Of a stretch of 64,000 nt of DNA, positions 27,549 to 37,038 are shown piece by piece. How positions within the stretch are numbered: the first letter of the stretch is position 1; the number at the start of each line of letters is the position of its first letter. The notes below the pieces were generated by a model, which saw only the letters and a program-made list of their open reading frames with translations, was not told the DNA's origin and did not search any database. The translations under genes and the position numbers were made by a program. Origin of the DNA: an uncultured Candidatus Saccharibacteria bacterium (GTDB lineage: Bacteria > Patescibacteriota > Minisyncoccia > Phycocordibacterales > UBA2100); the NCBI GenBank assembly GCA_964462785.1, contig CAYWZA010000001.1, positions 1,144 to 65,143 of the forward strand. The letters run 5' to 3'.

Positions 27549-28565
27549 ATGAAAAAGGCTCTTGTATGCGGGGGTGGAGGCTTCATTGGCAGCCATCATG
27601 TCAAACGCCTGAAAAAGGAGGGTTGGTGGGTACGTGTGGTGGACCTAAAAAAGCCACTCTTTTCGGAGAGTGCCGCTGATGAATTCGTAATAGGCGACCT
27701 GCGAGATCCCCAGGTAGTTGCGGCTGTTCTCAATGAGCCATTCGACCGCGTCTATCAATATGCTGCCGATATGGGTGGGGCGGGTTTTATTTTTACCGGC
27801 GAGAACGATGCGGACGTAATGCATAATTCCGCAACCATCAATCTCAATATCGCACAGCGCGCTACCGAGGTGGGTGTCGGTGTTCTTTTCTATTCTTCAT
27901 CCGCATGCATCTACCCAGAACGCAATCAGATGGATCCCGATAATCCGAACTGCAGTGAAGAGTCGGCATACCCCGCTGCACCCGACAGTGAATATGGGTG
28001 GGAGAAGATATTTAGCGAGCGTCTGTACAGTGCATTTCACCGAAACAAGGGGTTAGACATCCGTATCGCTCGTTTTCACAATATCTTTGGCCCTGAAGGT
28101 ACGTGGGCTGGCGGTCGCGAAAAGGCTCCAGCCGCAATCTCGCGAAAGGTCGCTGAAGCCAAACACGGTTATTGTATGGAAATGTGGGAAGGAGGTCGTC
28201 AACAAAATCTCCCTTACATTGAAATCTGGGGCGACGGCAAGCAGACACGTTCGTTTTTATACGTCGAGGAGTGCATCGAGGGGGTGGAACGGCTCATTGC
28301 ATCCGATGTCAGGCAGCCAATCAACATTGGCTCTGATGAGATGGTGACCATTAATGATCTTGTGCGGATGGTGCTCGAGATCAGTGGCGTTCCCCGCGCA
28401 GCCATTAATCATGTACCTGGGCCACAGGGTGTGCGCGGACGCAATTCCGACAATCGGCTGATTAGAGAGCAGCTTGGTTGGACGCCGGCGCGACCATTAC
28501 GAGAGGGCATGGAGAAGACATACCTATGGGTAGAACAACAAGTATTAAAGACGAAGCGGCAGTAA
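27549..28565 (+). CDS. GDP-mannose 3,5-epimerase-like NAD-dependent epimerase
   Basis: VCGGGGFIGSH, YGWEK (YxxxK) and especially FHNIFGPEGTWAGGREKAPAAISRK, which closely matches the GME block (GP.GTW.GGREKAPAA). The ORF begins at 27471; I prefer MKKALV at 27549. Confidence 0.7.
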   Translation: MKKALVCGGGGFIGSHHVKRLKKEGWWVRVVDLKKPLFSESAADEFVIGDLRDPQVVAAVLNEPFDRVYQYAADMGGAGFIFTGENDADVMHNSATINLNIAQRATEVGVGVLFYSSSACIYPERNQMDPDNPNCSEESAYPAAPDSEYGWEKIFSERLYSAFHRNKGLDIRIARFHNIFGPEGTWAGGREKAPAAISRKVAEAKHGYCMEMWEGGRQQNLPYIEIWGDGKQTRSFLYVEECIEGVERLIASDVRQPINIGSDEMVTINDLVRMVLEISGVPRAAINHVPGPQGVRGRNSDNRLIREQLGWTPARPLREGMEKTYLWVEQQVLKTKRQ

Positions 28566-29884
28566 CCGTTTCGGTGATCGGGCTGGGAAAGCTCGGCTCA
28601 TGTTACGCCGCGTTCTGCGCGAATCATGGATTCGCCGTTATTGGCACTGATGCAGATGCAAAAAAAGTAGACGCGATTAATAAAGGTCTCGCGCCCGTCG
28701 AGGAGCCCAATCTTCAGTCATATATAGATAAGAACAAAAATCGTTTGCGTGCTGTATATGACACGCAGGAAGCGGTCCGCGCATCAAACGCAACATTCAT
28801 AATCGTGCCCACGCCGAGTGAGGGTACGGGCGCCTTTTCGCTTGCACCGGCCATGACTGCCTGTACCGAAATCGGAAAGTCACTAGCTAAAAAGAATGGT
28901 TATCACCTTGTGGTCTTGGTGTCTACCGTTCTTCCTGAGGACTGCCGCTCAAACCTGATTCCCGCAATCGAACGTGCCTCAGGGAAAAAATGTGGCCCTA
29001 ATTTTGGATTCTGCTATAGCCCGAGCTTAATCGCTATTGGCGATGTACTCCATAATTTGGAGCATCCCGACTTTCTTTTCTTAGGTGCATTCGATAAAAA
29101 ATCCGATGGAATGCTCACGCGGATCTATGCTCAACTCTACCCAAAGCTCACCCCCGAGCACATGTCGATTGAGAGCGGAGAACTTGCAAAGATAGCGCTC
29201 AACTCATATGTAACAATGAAGATCACGTTTGCAAACACACTTGGAATACTCTGTGAGCATATCCCGCACGCCGATGTTGATCAGATTACGACCGCACTTG
29301 GCAAAGACAAGCGCATCGGCTCGCATTACATCAAAAGCGGGCTCGGATTCGGAGGGCCATGCTTTCCGCGAGACAACACCGCTTTTGCACACATGGCCGC
29401 ACGTCGCGGTGTTCACACTCCGCTTGCACGCGCCACGGACGAATTCAACAAAGGTATGCCGAGTAACATAGCCCGCCTTCTCGTCAAACTTGCGAAGATC
29501 CGCAAAACAAAATGTATCGGCTTTCTAGGTATCAGTTACAAGCCGAATACGACGCTTACGGAAGATTCCCAAGCGTTCCTCATAGCAAAAGAGATGGTGC
29601 AACGCGGATATAAGCTATCAATATATGAGCCTCTTAACAGTCGCGAGGCTGAGGCGCGTTTCGATAAGAAAGCCCGGTACTCAGCGACATTAAAAGACCT
29701 GCTTAGTTCGAGTGACATCATCTTTATCTCGAACAGAGACGAGCATTTCCGCACTCTGCCTGCCCTTCTGCGCAAGGTGTCGGGAAAAAAGATCATCGTC
29801 GACCCCTGGAGGATGTTCGCTCCAAAAGAATTCAATCCCGCGATTACCTATCATGCCATCGGCCGTTCACACTCTTCTCGCTAG
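28526..29884 (+). CDS. Nucleotide-sugar 6-dehydrogenase (UDP-glucose/GDP-mannose dehydrogenase family, full length)
   Basis: VIGLGKLGS NAD-binding motif, catalytic GFGGPCFPRD, and the complete C-terminal UDP-binding domain (GISYKPNTTL). The start is uncertain: MGRTT at 28526 overlaps the upstream gene, with an alternative GTG at ~28577. Confidence 0.85.
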   Translation: MGRTTSIKDEAAVTVSVIGLGKLGSCYAAFCANHGFAVIGTDADAKKVDAINKGLAPVEEPNLQSYIDKNKNRLRAVYDTQEAVRASNATFIIVPTPSEGTGAFSLAPAMTACTEIGKSLAKKNGYHLVVLVSTVLPEDCRSNLIPAIERASGKKCGPNFGFCYSPSLIAIGDVLHNLEHPDFLFLGAFDKKSDGMLTRIYAQLYPKLTPEHMSIESGELAKIALNSYVTMKITFANTLGILCEHIPHADVDQITTALGKDKRIGSHYIKSGLGFGGPCFPRDNTAFAHMAARRGVHTPLARATDEFNKGMPSNIARLLVKLAKIRKTKCIGFLGISYKPNTTLTEDSQAFLIAKEMVQRGYKLSIYEPLNSREAEARFDKKARYSATLKDLLSSSDIIFISNRDEHFRTLPALLRKVSGKKIIVDPWRMFAPKEFNPAITYHAIGRSHSSR

Positions 29885-29891
29885 CCTACGT

Positions 29892-30827
29892 ATGCATCGA
29901 AAACGTGTTCTGGTGACAGGAGCGACCGGGTTTCTCGGGAAAAATCTTGTTCCGATGCTCCTAAAAAATAAATATCGAGTAACTGTTGTGGGGCGCTCGG
30001 CACAGCGCACCTTTGGCAACGAGATATCTTACTACACTGCTGACCTTCTGAAAGAACTGCCTGCTGGGGCAGTACATGCGGCTGATGCCATCATTCACCT
30101 TGCGGGCGAAATCGCAATCGGACCGTCACTCAACGTCCCACGTGAACGCATCGATCACAATGTGGGAATGACACTCTCGGTGCTTGAAGCAGCGAGACTT
30201 TCAGGAAAAAAACCCCTCGTTATCTTCATCTCAACGACCCAGCTCTACGGTCACACTAAAAAGCGTATCGCGACTGAAGAGGAGCGGCCCTTCCCACTCG
30301 AGCCATATAGTGCCTCAAAGATGATGTGCGAGACACTTTGCGTTATGTATCACGCACTCTATGGCATCCCGTATATCATTCTTCGGTCAGAAAGTTTTTA
30401 TGGACCGCATCAACGCTCAGGCATGTTCATTTCTGATACTGTTGCCAAAATGTCTGCAAACAATCACATAACAACCGGGTCGCTTTCGACTCGTCGCAAC
30501 TTCAGCTATACGGGCGATGTTGTTGATGCAATTCTCAAGGCACTAAACGCACCCGCGCGCGCAGAAAATCAGATCTACAATATTACGGGAACACCACTGA
30601 GCATGAAGAAGGTGGTGTCCACACTCGCACAGATCATCGGAAAACAGCGCGGTACAAAAATCCGTATTACCGAGACGCAAAACAATGCGAAGCCAGCAGT
30701 CAGTGTCAATGAGTTTGCTACCTCGACTAAAAAGGCGGCACGGCTACTTAAGTGGCGCGCACGGACAAAACTGAAGACTGGCTTACAAAAGACCGTTGAC
30801 TCACTCAACCAAGCCAATGGCGCCTGA
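29892..30827 (+). CDS. NAD-dependent epimerase/dehydratase (extended SDR)
   Basis: VLVTGATGFLGKNL and YSASKMMCE (YxxxK). The ORF begins at 29712; I prefer MHRKRV at 29892, just after the upstream stop at 29884. Confidence 0.8.
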   Translation: MHRKRVLVTGATGFLGKNLVPMLLKNKYRVTVVGRSAQRTFGNEISYYTADLLKELPAGAVHAADAIIHLAGEIAIGPSLNVPRERIDHNVGMTLSVLEAARLSGKKPLVIFISTTQLYGHTKKRIATEEERPFPLEPYSASKMMCETLCVMYHALYGIPYIILRSESFYGPHQRSGMFISDTVAKMSANNHITTGSLSTRRNFSYTGDVVDAILKALNAPARAENQIYNITGTPLSMKKVVSTLAQIIGKQRGTKIRITETQNNAKPAVSVNEFATSTKKAARLLKWRARTKLKTGLQKTVDSLNQANGA

Positions 30828-31515
30828 TGCCATACAGATACCAGCGCAGATACGCTGGAATCCACGCAAGTACTTTAAAGCGCGATGTGCCGATGGTGCG
30901 CTCACGCCAAATCGTCGGTATTTCAATAATTTTTCCACCTGAAAAATACGCCTTCAACGTGAGCTCGAGTGTAAACTCAAACCCCTTCTTTGAGAGGATC
31001 GGCGTCACATCCAAGAATGACTTTCTATACATCCGCGTTGCGTTCGTCGCATCATGTACCGGAATACGGATCAGCATGTGCATGGTTACGCCCGCGAGCC
31101 ACGAAAGAAAACCTTTGATCGCTTGTGTTTGCGAAGCTACACCGCCCTTCACATAGCGTGAGGGCGCAACTATGACCGCGTTTTCTCTGTAGAAAAGCTC
31201 AATCATGTGATCTATACTCTGAATGACTTCGGAGGAATCATCCACCATAAGTACGAGGACCGCGGGAGCTTTTGTCTCCTTGAAGCCGGTCTTTATTGCC
31301 TGAAGTGCTCCCCTGCCTTCATTGCGGATCAATCGCACGCGCGGATCACTGTGTGCGATTGGCTTTGCCGTCTCAAGGGTCGTATCTTCAGGAAAATCAT
31401 AAATGAGCAGTATATTCCAATCCGATCGCACACTTGCAACAACGTGCTTATATGTGTGCGAAAAATTTTCCCTTTCATTGTAAACAGGAATGACTATGTC
31501 GAGACGATGTGCCAT
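30805..31515 (-). CDS. GT2 polyprenol-phosphate sugar synthase (GtrB/DPM1-like)
   Basis: LDIVIPVYNERENF…VLVLMVDDSSEV… followed by a C-terminal amphipathic region typical of Dol-P/Und-P-hexose synthases. Start at MAHRL (31515) or MVLFS (31539). Confidence 0.75.
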   Translation of the reverse strand: MAHRLDIVIPVYNERENFSHTYKHVVASVRSDWNILLIYDFPEDTTLETAKPIAHSDPRVRLIRNEGRGALQAIKTGFKETKAPAVLVLMVDDSSEVIQSIDHMIELFYRENAVIVAPSRYVKGGVASQTQAIKGFLSWLAGVTMHMLIRIPVHDATNATRMYRKSFLDVTPILSKKGFEFTLELTLKAYFSGGKIIEIPTIWRERTIGTSRFKVLAWIPAYLRWYLYGIRRHWLG

Positions 31516-31608
31516 GGTGCGGATGCTAAATAGTACCATGGCCACGTGTTCTGGACACCTCATACAATTCCCCCTTATACTCACCTCGTGGGTCTTTTTA
31601 TCTCTTTG

Positions 31609-33756
31609 ATGCTTGCTGCGATAGGCTGTGCCACCCTCAGTGCCTCCATAGTACTCGCCTCTTATGGTGCCAACGAAAGCCCTCTCGCAACGCTCTTTAT
31701 CGAGGGAGCGCGTGGGACACTATTCGAGACTAGTATCTTTCTCTTCGTGTGCGCAACTCTGTTTCTCGCATATGCCCTTTCGGCAAGCTTTCGACGCACA
31801 GTGCGCGCGGTATTTGGAAAAACTGATCACCTTTACCAATCCCTGCCGCCCAACACTCGTCTCATTCTGCTATTTTCCTGCGCTCTAGGATTGCTATTTT
31901 CATTGAATGCGGCGGGGATTGTCTATGGATATTTCCATTCAGACGATTTTTCTATGACCGCGCGCGTCGCTATGCATTCATGGGGAGAGCTTATTTGGAT
32001 GCCCTACAGTCAACATGCAATGCCTTTAAACTGGGTCGAGACGTCTTTGTTTTACCACATATTCGGGACGAATCCGCTGCCTTACAACCTATTCCTACTG
32101 CTTATCATCGCATCTCTGCCTTTTGCAGGATTCCTATTCTTGAGGGAACTTGGCTACGGTCGCACGTCATTCTGTATTCTATTTTCTTTATTTGGAACAT
32201 CCGTTATCGCGAGTGAATTTCTTGCTGGGTTTTATGCTCTAGCCATATACCCGCAGGTACTTCTGTTTTTCCTAATCGCACTGTGGACGTATGTCCGCTC
32301 ATACACTTCAGCGAAATATAGACGGCTGCTCCTTTTTATATCGTTACTCTTCATTTTCGCCGCAACATTTTTTGATATCTCAGGCATTTGGACTTCTGGC
32401 GCTTACGTATTGTTCGCATACACACATTGGGTCGCCCGAGGTGGTCAGTGGTCACCCGCAACATTCATCCGTGGCAATACAATTGCAACCACGGGCGCTT
32501 TTTTGATATTTATCACGTATGGACTGTACCTTGTCCAGCTTGCCACAATACAACCCGAGCAATTTCTTGGCAGTGGACAGCCTCTATCCCTGGGGTTGTT
32601 TAAGCAAATGTATGATGTGTATACCGCCGGCACAATCGCCCAACTTTTCCTGCCAAGCGCAGGACTGATTGTAAGTCAACCGCGCTTCCTGCCCTTTTTA
32701 TCCTTGTGGACAATTCTCATGGTGTTTTTGTTTGTTTGTTTTGCAATTCTTTTTTATACGTTTGTACGCCACGCTAATCCCAAAACCCGTGCATACGGGA
32801 TTTTCGTTCTACTTCTTATGCTTGGGACCGGCTTGCTCACGGCACTTGGCCGACCGACAACGCATCCTGCCGCTTTTTTTCCTGTACAACAAATCATTAT
32901 GCCGTTCTTTTGGCTGTGCGTACTCCTCACCATAATGGCGTGCGAGTATGTCCATACCGGTATAGGGGAGGAGCGCACTAAGCGCATTATGGCGGTGCTC
33001 TTGAGTATCATCTTGATCGTATCCGCACAGCATGTATTTGCTTTCTACAAAAACCAAAATGTGCAGGAGGTGTTGGACAGTAAACACAATGTGGAACGAT
33101 TGCAGAATCTGCTTGTACCCGCCCTCAATGAACTCGCCGCGCAAACGAATGATGTGGTCTTTGTGCCGGATGTACGCGGATCGTATATTAATCCGTTTTT
33201 ATTTGGCAAAGACGCCTCCCAGTATCGAGCGTTTCTGAATCTCAGCGACAATATAGCATTCACCGATGTGCGCCACGGTCCGTATGCAGCCTCGACAAGT
33301 CATTATTTTACTGAAGCATTGCAGACGGATGACCGCCTCCGTTCAATATACCTCGCTAATGCTGAAATAGAGGTTGGGTACGGCACTGAACGCATTCAGG
33401 GCACGCAGATACAATTTATCAGTGACGGGACCCGCACTATCGTATTGCAACCACGGACGGTCGACCCACTCAAACAGTATTGGCTCGCTATCGATGTGAG
33501 TGTTCCTGTAGAGCATGAAAAAACCTACCTCCAAATCGGCTTTGGCAATCCCATTAGCAAAGACGCTATGGTTACCATACGACTCGACCAATACAGCAAA
33601 CCACTCCCTGGCGTCACGAAACGCTACACAATTCTTATTGATCTTAATCAAAGTTATGCATTTGCCCTCTCACCACGCGTCACTGATGTAACAATTACTT
33701 TTGCAACTCCGGGGGGGTATACTGTGCACGGATATCGCTTTGCGGAAGTGTTGTAG
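31609..33756 (+). CDS. Polytopic GT-C-type membrane glycosyltransferase candidate (ArnT/PMT/GtrC-like) with large C-terminal extracytoplasmic domain
   Basis: ~12 predicted TM helices in the first ~480 aa followed by a ~250-aa soluble domain. It is divergent from a GtrB-like gene and convergent with a GtrA-like gene. The start is either 31546 (ORF) or the internal M at 31609. Confidence 0.5.
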   Translation: MLAAIGCATLSASIVLASYGANESPLATLFIEGARGTLFETSIFLFVCATLFLAYALSASFRRTVRAVFGKTDHLYQSLPPNTRLILLFSCALGLLFSLNAAGIVYGYFHSDDFSMTARVAMHSWGELIWMPYSQHAMPLNWVETSLFYHIFGTNPLPYNLFLLLIIASLPFAGFLFLRELGYGRTSFCILFSLFGTSVIASEFLAGFYALAIYPQVLLFFLIALWTYVRSYTSAKYRRLLLFISLLFIFAATFFDISGIWTSGAYVLFAYTHWVARGGQWSPATFIRGNTIATTGAFLIFITYGLYLVQLATIQPEQFLGSGQPLSLGLFKQMYDVYTAGTIAQLFLPSAGLIVSQPRFLPFLSLWTILMVFLFVCFAILFYTFVRHANPKTRAYGIFVLLLMLGTGLLTALGRPTTHPAAFFPVQQIIMPFFWLCVLLTIMACEYVHTGIGEERTKRIMAVLLSIILIVSAQHVFAFYKNQNVQEVLDSKHNVERLQNLLVPALNELAAQTNDVVFVPDVRGSYINPFLFGKDASQYRAFLNLSDNIAFTDVRHGPYAASTSHYFTEALQTDDRLRSIYLANAEIEVGYGTERIQGTQIQFISDGTRTIVLQPRTVDPLKQYWLAIDVSVPVEHEKTYLQIGFGNPISKDAMVTIRLDQYSKPLPGVTKRYTILIDLNQSYAFALSPRVTDVTITFATPGGYTVHGYRFAEVL

Positions 33757-34153
33757 CATGCACTCGGAACACGATGTGTTGATAGGCAAAAAAACTCCAC
33801 ACGGCAATGGCGCCGCTTACCACAATTTGTGCCACTAGATACGAAATACCAACACCACCCACCAGTACCCACATGAAACTTAGGTTGAGCAGAATATTGA
33901 ACCCGAGCAAGCCCAGGTACAGAGATATTTGGAGCGGTATTCGCTCGGTTCGCGTGTCCTGGTATGTCACTAGTTTGTGCAACGTGAAGCTCACAAGGAA
34001 CGCGACGAAAAATGCCGCCCCTGACGCTACCAAATAATGCACGCCCACAAACCGAACCAGAACATGCAGTACAGTGAGATTCACGAGTGCGGCGATGCCT
34101 CCTGAAAACAAATACCGGACGATCTGCAGCTTGAAAAGCATGGAGAATGTCAT
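33695..34153 (-). CDS. GtrA-family small membrane protein (polyprenol-P-sugar flippase-like)
   Basis: ~150 aa with 4 TM helices and an N-terminal QIVRYLFSGGIAALVNLTVLHVL pattern typical of GtrA-like proteins. Confidence 0.7.
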   Translation of the reverse strand: MTFSMLFKLQIVRYLFSGGIAALVNLTVLHVLVRFVGVHYLVASGAAFFVAFLVSFTLHKLVTYQDTRTERIPLQISLYLGLLGFNILLNLSFMWVLVGGVGISYLVAQIVVSGAIAVWSFFAYQHIVFRVHATTLPQSDIRAQYTPPELQK

Positions 34154-34210
34154 TTTAATCCATTGCATACTTGAGAAACGAGATTGTGCGCTCTGAGCGC
34201 TTGTTCAAGC

Positions 34211-35335
34211 TTAATCAGCAACGCATATCCGCGCAACCCCTTCAATGAAGCAAGCGATCTTCTCGACACGCTGAGTCCAACTGAGCGATTGAGCGCGGGC
34301 GGCAGCGAGGGAGACGAGCTGTTCACTTTCCGTGGGGCTCATAAGCGCGTGCTCGATTTCGTGCGCGAGTGCACGCGGATCGTCGGGGCGGACGAAGAAA
34401 GCCGCGCCATCGGCAAGCCAACGCGTGCTGGGGAGATCAGAAACAACAACGGGGCGCCCAGATGCCATGTGAGCAATCAATTTGAGTGGGGAAGTGAAGC
34501 GTACGGAAATTGGATCCTTCGCCGTGTTGGGTACAACGAGCACGTCAGCCGCTGCCTGATTGTTTGGAAGCTCGGTGAACGGTTTGAATCCTAGAAAAAT
34601 AACATGCGGATATTTTTCTGAAAGCTCTACGCCCTGCGCATCGGTGCCCCCGATAATGCACACGCGTACCGTCTTCATCAACTTTGACGCTTCAAGTAAT
34701 GTGTCCACACCCTTCCAACCATCGAGCTTGCCGATATAGAGCGCAATCTTTGCATCTTGCGGCAAGCCGAGCCGCGCACGTGACTGCGATTTTGATTCGG
34801 GGTGAGCAAAATCATCGAGATCAATGCCATTCGATACGGCAAGCAATTTCTCTTCAGGAATTCCCTGCTCTGTATAAAAATCGATTGCGCCCTGTGTGAC
34901 GACCACGATGCCGTTTACTCGCTTCGCGACAAATCGCGCCCACTTATTCCACATACCATCGTGCGATTCCCATATCATTTTCTTGCGTGTGAGCAGCGAG
35001 ACCATAGCGAGCACTATTTCATCGCGTCCATAAATCACATCGACACCGCGTCCGCGCGCATACAGACCCGCGCGCAATCCAAACATCACTGATTGAAATG
35101 TGTAGCCTAAACTTCCCCATCCTACCGTATCAATCGTAAATAGCTTCGTGAGGGGGAAACGATGCTGTATGCCGTAGTATGAAAAAGGATCGTCGGGAAT
35201 GGGGCTGTGCCTATCCGGCACGACGAGCTCGAGTGAGTGCCCGCCACGCGCAAACGCCTCGCATGCCTTCATTATTTGAATGCCATGCGCCTTTTCAGTC
35301 GGCAAGCGCACGTTGGCGATATATATGATCTTCAT
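34211..35335 (-). CDS. GT4 glycosyltransferase
   Basis: N-terminal KIIYIANVRLPTEKAHGIQIMKACEAFA (Glyco_trans_4-like N domain) and a C-terminal GT-B catalytic domain. Confidence 0.8.
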   Translation of the reverse strand: MKIIYIANVRLPTEKAHGIQIMKACEAFARGGHSLELVVPDRHSPIPDDPFSYYGIQHRFPLTKLFTIDTVGWGSLGYTFQSVMFGLRAGLYARGRGVDVIYGRDEIVLAMVSLLTRKKMIWESHDGMWNKWARFVAKRVNGIVVVTQGAIDFYTEQGIPEEKLLAVSNGIDLDDFAHPESKSQSRARLGLPQDAKIALYIGKLDGWKGVDTLLEASKLMKTVRVCIIGGTDAQGVELSEKYPHVIFLGFKPFTELPNNQAAADVLVVPNTAKDPISVRFTSPLKLIAHMASGRPVVVSDLPSTRWLADGAAFFVRPDDPRALAHEIEHALMSPTESEQLVSLAAARAQSLSWTQRVEKIACFIEGVARICVAD

Positions 35336-35357
35336 ACATTACCTTATAAGGTAAAAA

Positions 35358-35987
35358 TTAATTGAGCGGGGTGAGCACGAAAAAGTGGTGGTACTGATTT
35401 TCAAACGGGATATACTCTTTCTCAATCACAAACAGCTTTTCGAGGTGCCGCCGCATACGCGCGACTGTACATCCGCGCTTCCCAAGTTCCCAATAATGCT
35501 GACCGTTCCATTCGTGCTGCTTCGGATAGGGGATTTTGAACGCTATTTTTATTTCGGGCAGGAAGGGAAGTTTCAGGAGGAATTTGAGCGGGGGACCGAA
35601 GTGGGGGACAGATATAATGACTTTTTTCCGTGCAACACGAGCGAGCTCAGAGAGGGAAGTGTCGAGCTTCTCAAATGGCAAATGCTCCAATACTTCAAAC
35701 GCGCACACCACATCAAACGATTTGTCTGCAAACGGCAGTGCTGTAATGGAGCCGATGACATCGGCTCCCACGTCGTCTGCGATATCGACGGTCGTGTATG
35801 CGATCTCGGTGTTCCGAGAAAGATATCCACAGGTCACTCCATCCCCCACCCCAACCTCGAGAACCGAACTCGGTTTGACAGAAAGTATTTCTGTAATTTG
35901 GTAATGGTAACTCGCCCATCGATCCAATCCGCAATAGCGGAAGAAATCGTACGCACTGCGGTCTACTTGTTTCCGTTCAGAATCCAT
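35358..35987 (-). CDS. Class I SAM-dependent methyltransferase
   Basis: VLEVGVGDGV (motif I) and DVVCAFEVLEHL (motif II/post-I). Confidence 0.8.
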   Translation of the reverse strand: MDSERKQVDRSAYDFFRYCGLDRWASYHYQITEILSVKPSSVLEVGVGDGVTCGYLSRNTEIAYTTVDIADDVGADVIGSITALPFADKSFDVVCAFEVLEHLPFEKLDTSLSELARVARKKVIISVPHFGPPLKFLLKLPFLPEIKIAFKIPYPKQHEWNGQHYWELGKRGCTVARMRRHLEKLFVIEKEYIPFENQYHHFFVLTPLN

Positions 35988-37021
35988 ATGAGTTTCTCTA
36001 TCAATTTTGTAAGTGAGTGCTCCTGCTCCACAAGCACACGAGACCGCTCCCCTATCTTTATCCGTGCATCGATACCCATTTCATACACCCGTGTGATGGC
36101 ACGCGCAAATAATTCCGGATCTGTCTTCTCCACCGCAAGCCCATCTTGCACGGCATTTAGAATCGGCTTCGCTGCGTCGTTTGAAGAAATGACAACGCAC
36201 CGCTCGCTCATCGCCTCAAGCATTGCTTTGTCTAAACTCCCTGTGTCGCTCGCGTGTAGAAAAATATCCGATGCCGCGAGAATATCCGGAATCTCACTCG
36301 CCTCTTTGGGACCGGCAAACCCTGAGAAGTCTCCGATGTGGAGTTCCTCGATTTTGTCCCACAATTCTTGCTGGTATTTTTGATCATCGGCAGTGATGGG
36401 AGTACCAACAATCGTGAATCGATACGCAACACCATTTTTAGGCAACAGCGGCATTGCTTTGAGCATCGTGCCTATTTTCTTTGAACGCGACACGCGACCC
36501 ACCGTTACGATGCGCATGAAATCCACGGGCTTTGCGCGCGGTGCTGAAAAAACTTCTGTGTCGATGCCATGCCCCGTGACGACCACGTTCTCCCGCTTGA
36601 GGCGGAAACTCTCTGCGGATGCCGTGCAGATGGTATCGACTATGCGGCTTGCGAGGCGAAGTAAAAGCGGCGTGCTTTTATGCGTATACCACAGCACGCG
36701 GCGCTTGCCCGCAAGCTTCCAAATAAGCCATCCCAGGACGGCGTATTCGTGATTCATGTGGATGAACACCGCTTTGTAACTGAAGAGATGCCGGAGGCAG
36801 AAATACCAAAATTTGAGCACGTATACGACGCGTGATCTCCTTCCCTTCTCCTTCCCGAGCGAGCGCACCCGCACATTTGGAGGCAGCTCATGCTTTCCTT
36901 CTCGCAGGCATATTACCGTCACCGCTTCACAATGCTTGGCAAATTCCTTTATCCAATTGTGAAAGAATCCGAGCACCGGATCATTTTTGTCGACTGTTTG
37001 TGTGCAAATGAGGATGTTCAT
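35963..37021 (-). CDS. GT4 glycosyltransferase
   Basis: GT-B two-domain architecture; the C-terminal region …FLHASDTGSLDKAMLEAMSERCVVISS… matches the EX7E neighbourhood. Confidence 0.75.
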   Translation of the reverse strand: MNILICTQTVDKNDPVLGFFHNWIKEFAKHCEAVTVICLREGKHELPPNVRVRSLGKEKGRRSRVVYVLKFWYFCLRHLFSYKAVFIHMNHEYAVLGWLIWKLAGKRRVLWYTHKSTPLLLRLASRIVDTICTASAESFRLKRENVVVTGHGIDTEVFSAPRAKPVDFMRIVTVGRVSRSKKIGTMLKAMPLLPKNGVAYRFTIVGTPITADDQKYQQELWDKIEELHIGDFSGFAGPKEASEIPDILAASDIFLHASDTGSLDKAMLEAMSERCVVISSNDAAKPILNAVQDGLAVEKTDPELFARAITRVYEMGIDARIKIGERSRVLVEQEHSLTKLIEKLIWILNGNK

Positions 37022-37038
37022 ACGTACCGATTCTTACA

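Noticed and set aside
35385-36383. 332-aa plus-strand ORF antisense to the methyltransferase and GT4 genes
   Set aside because: The minus-strand frames carry clear SAM-MTase and GT4 motifs. The antisense translation is Ser/Arg/Cys-rich without motifs, so it is a typical shadow ORF.
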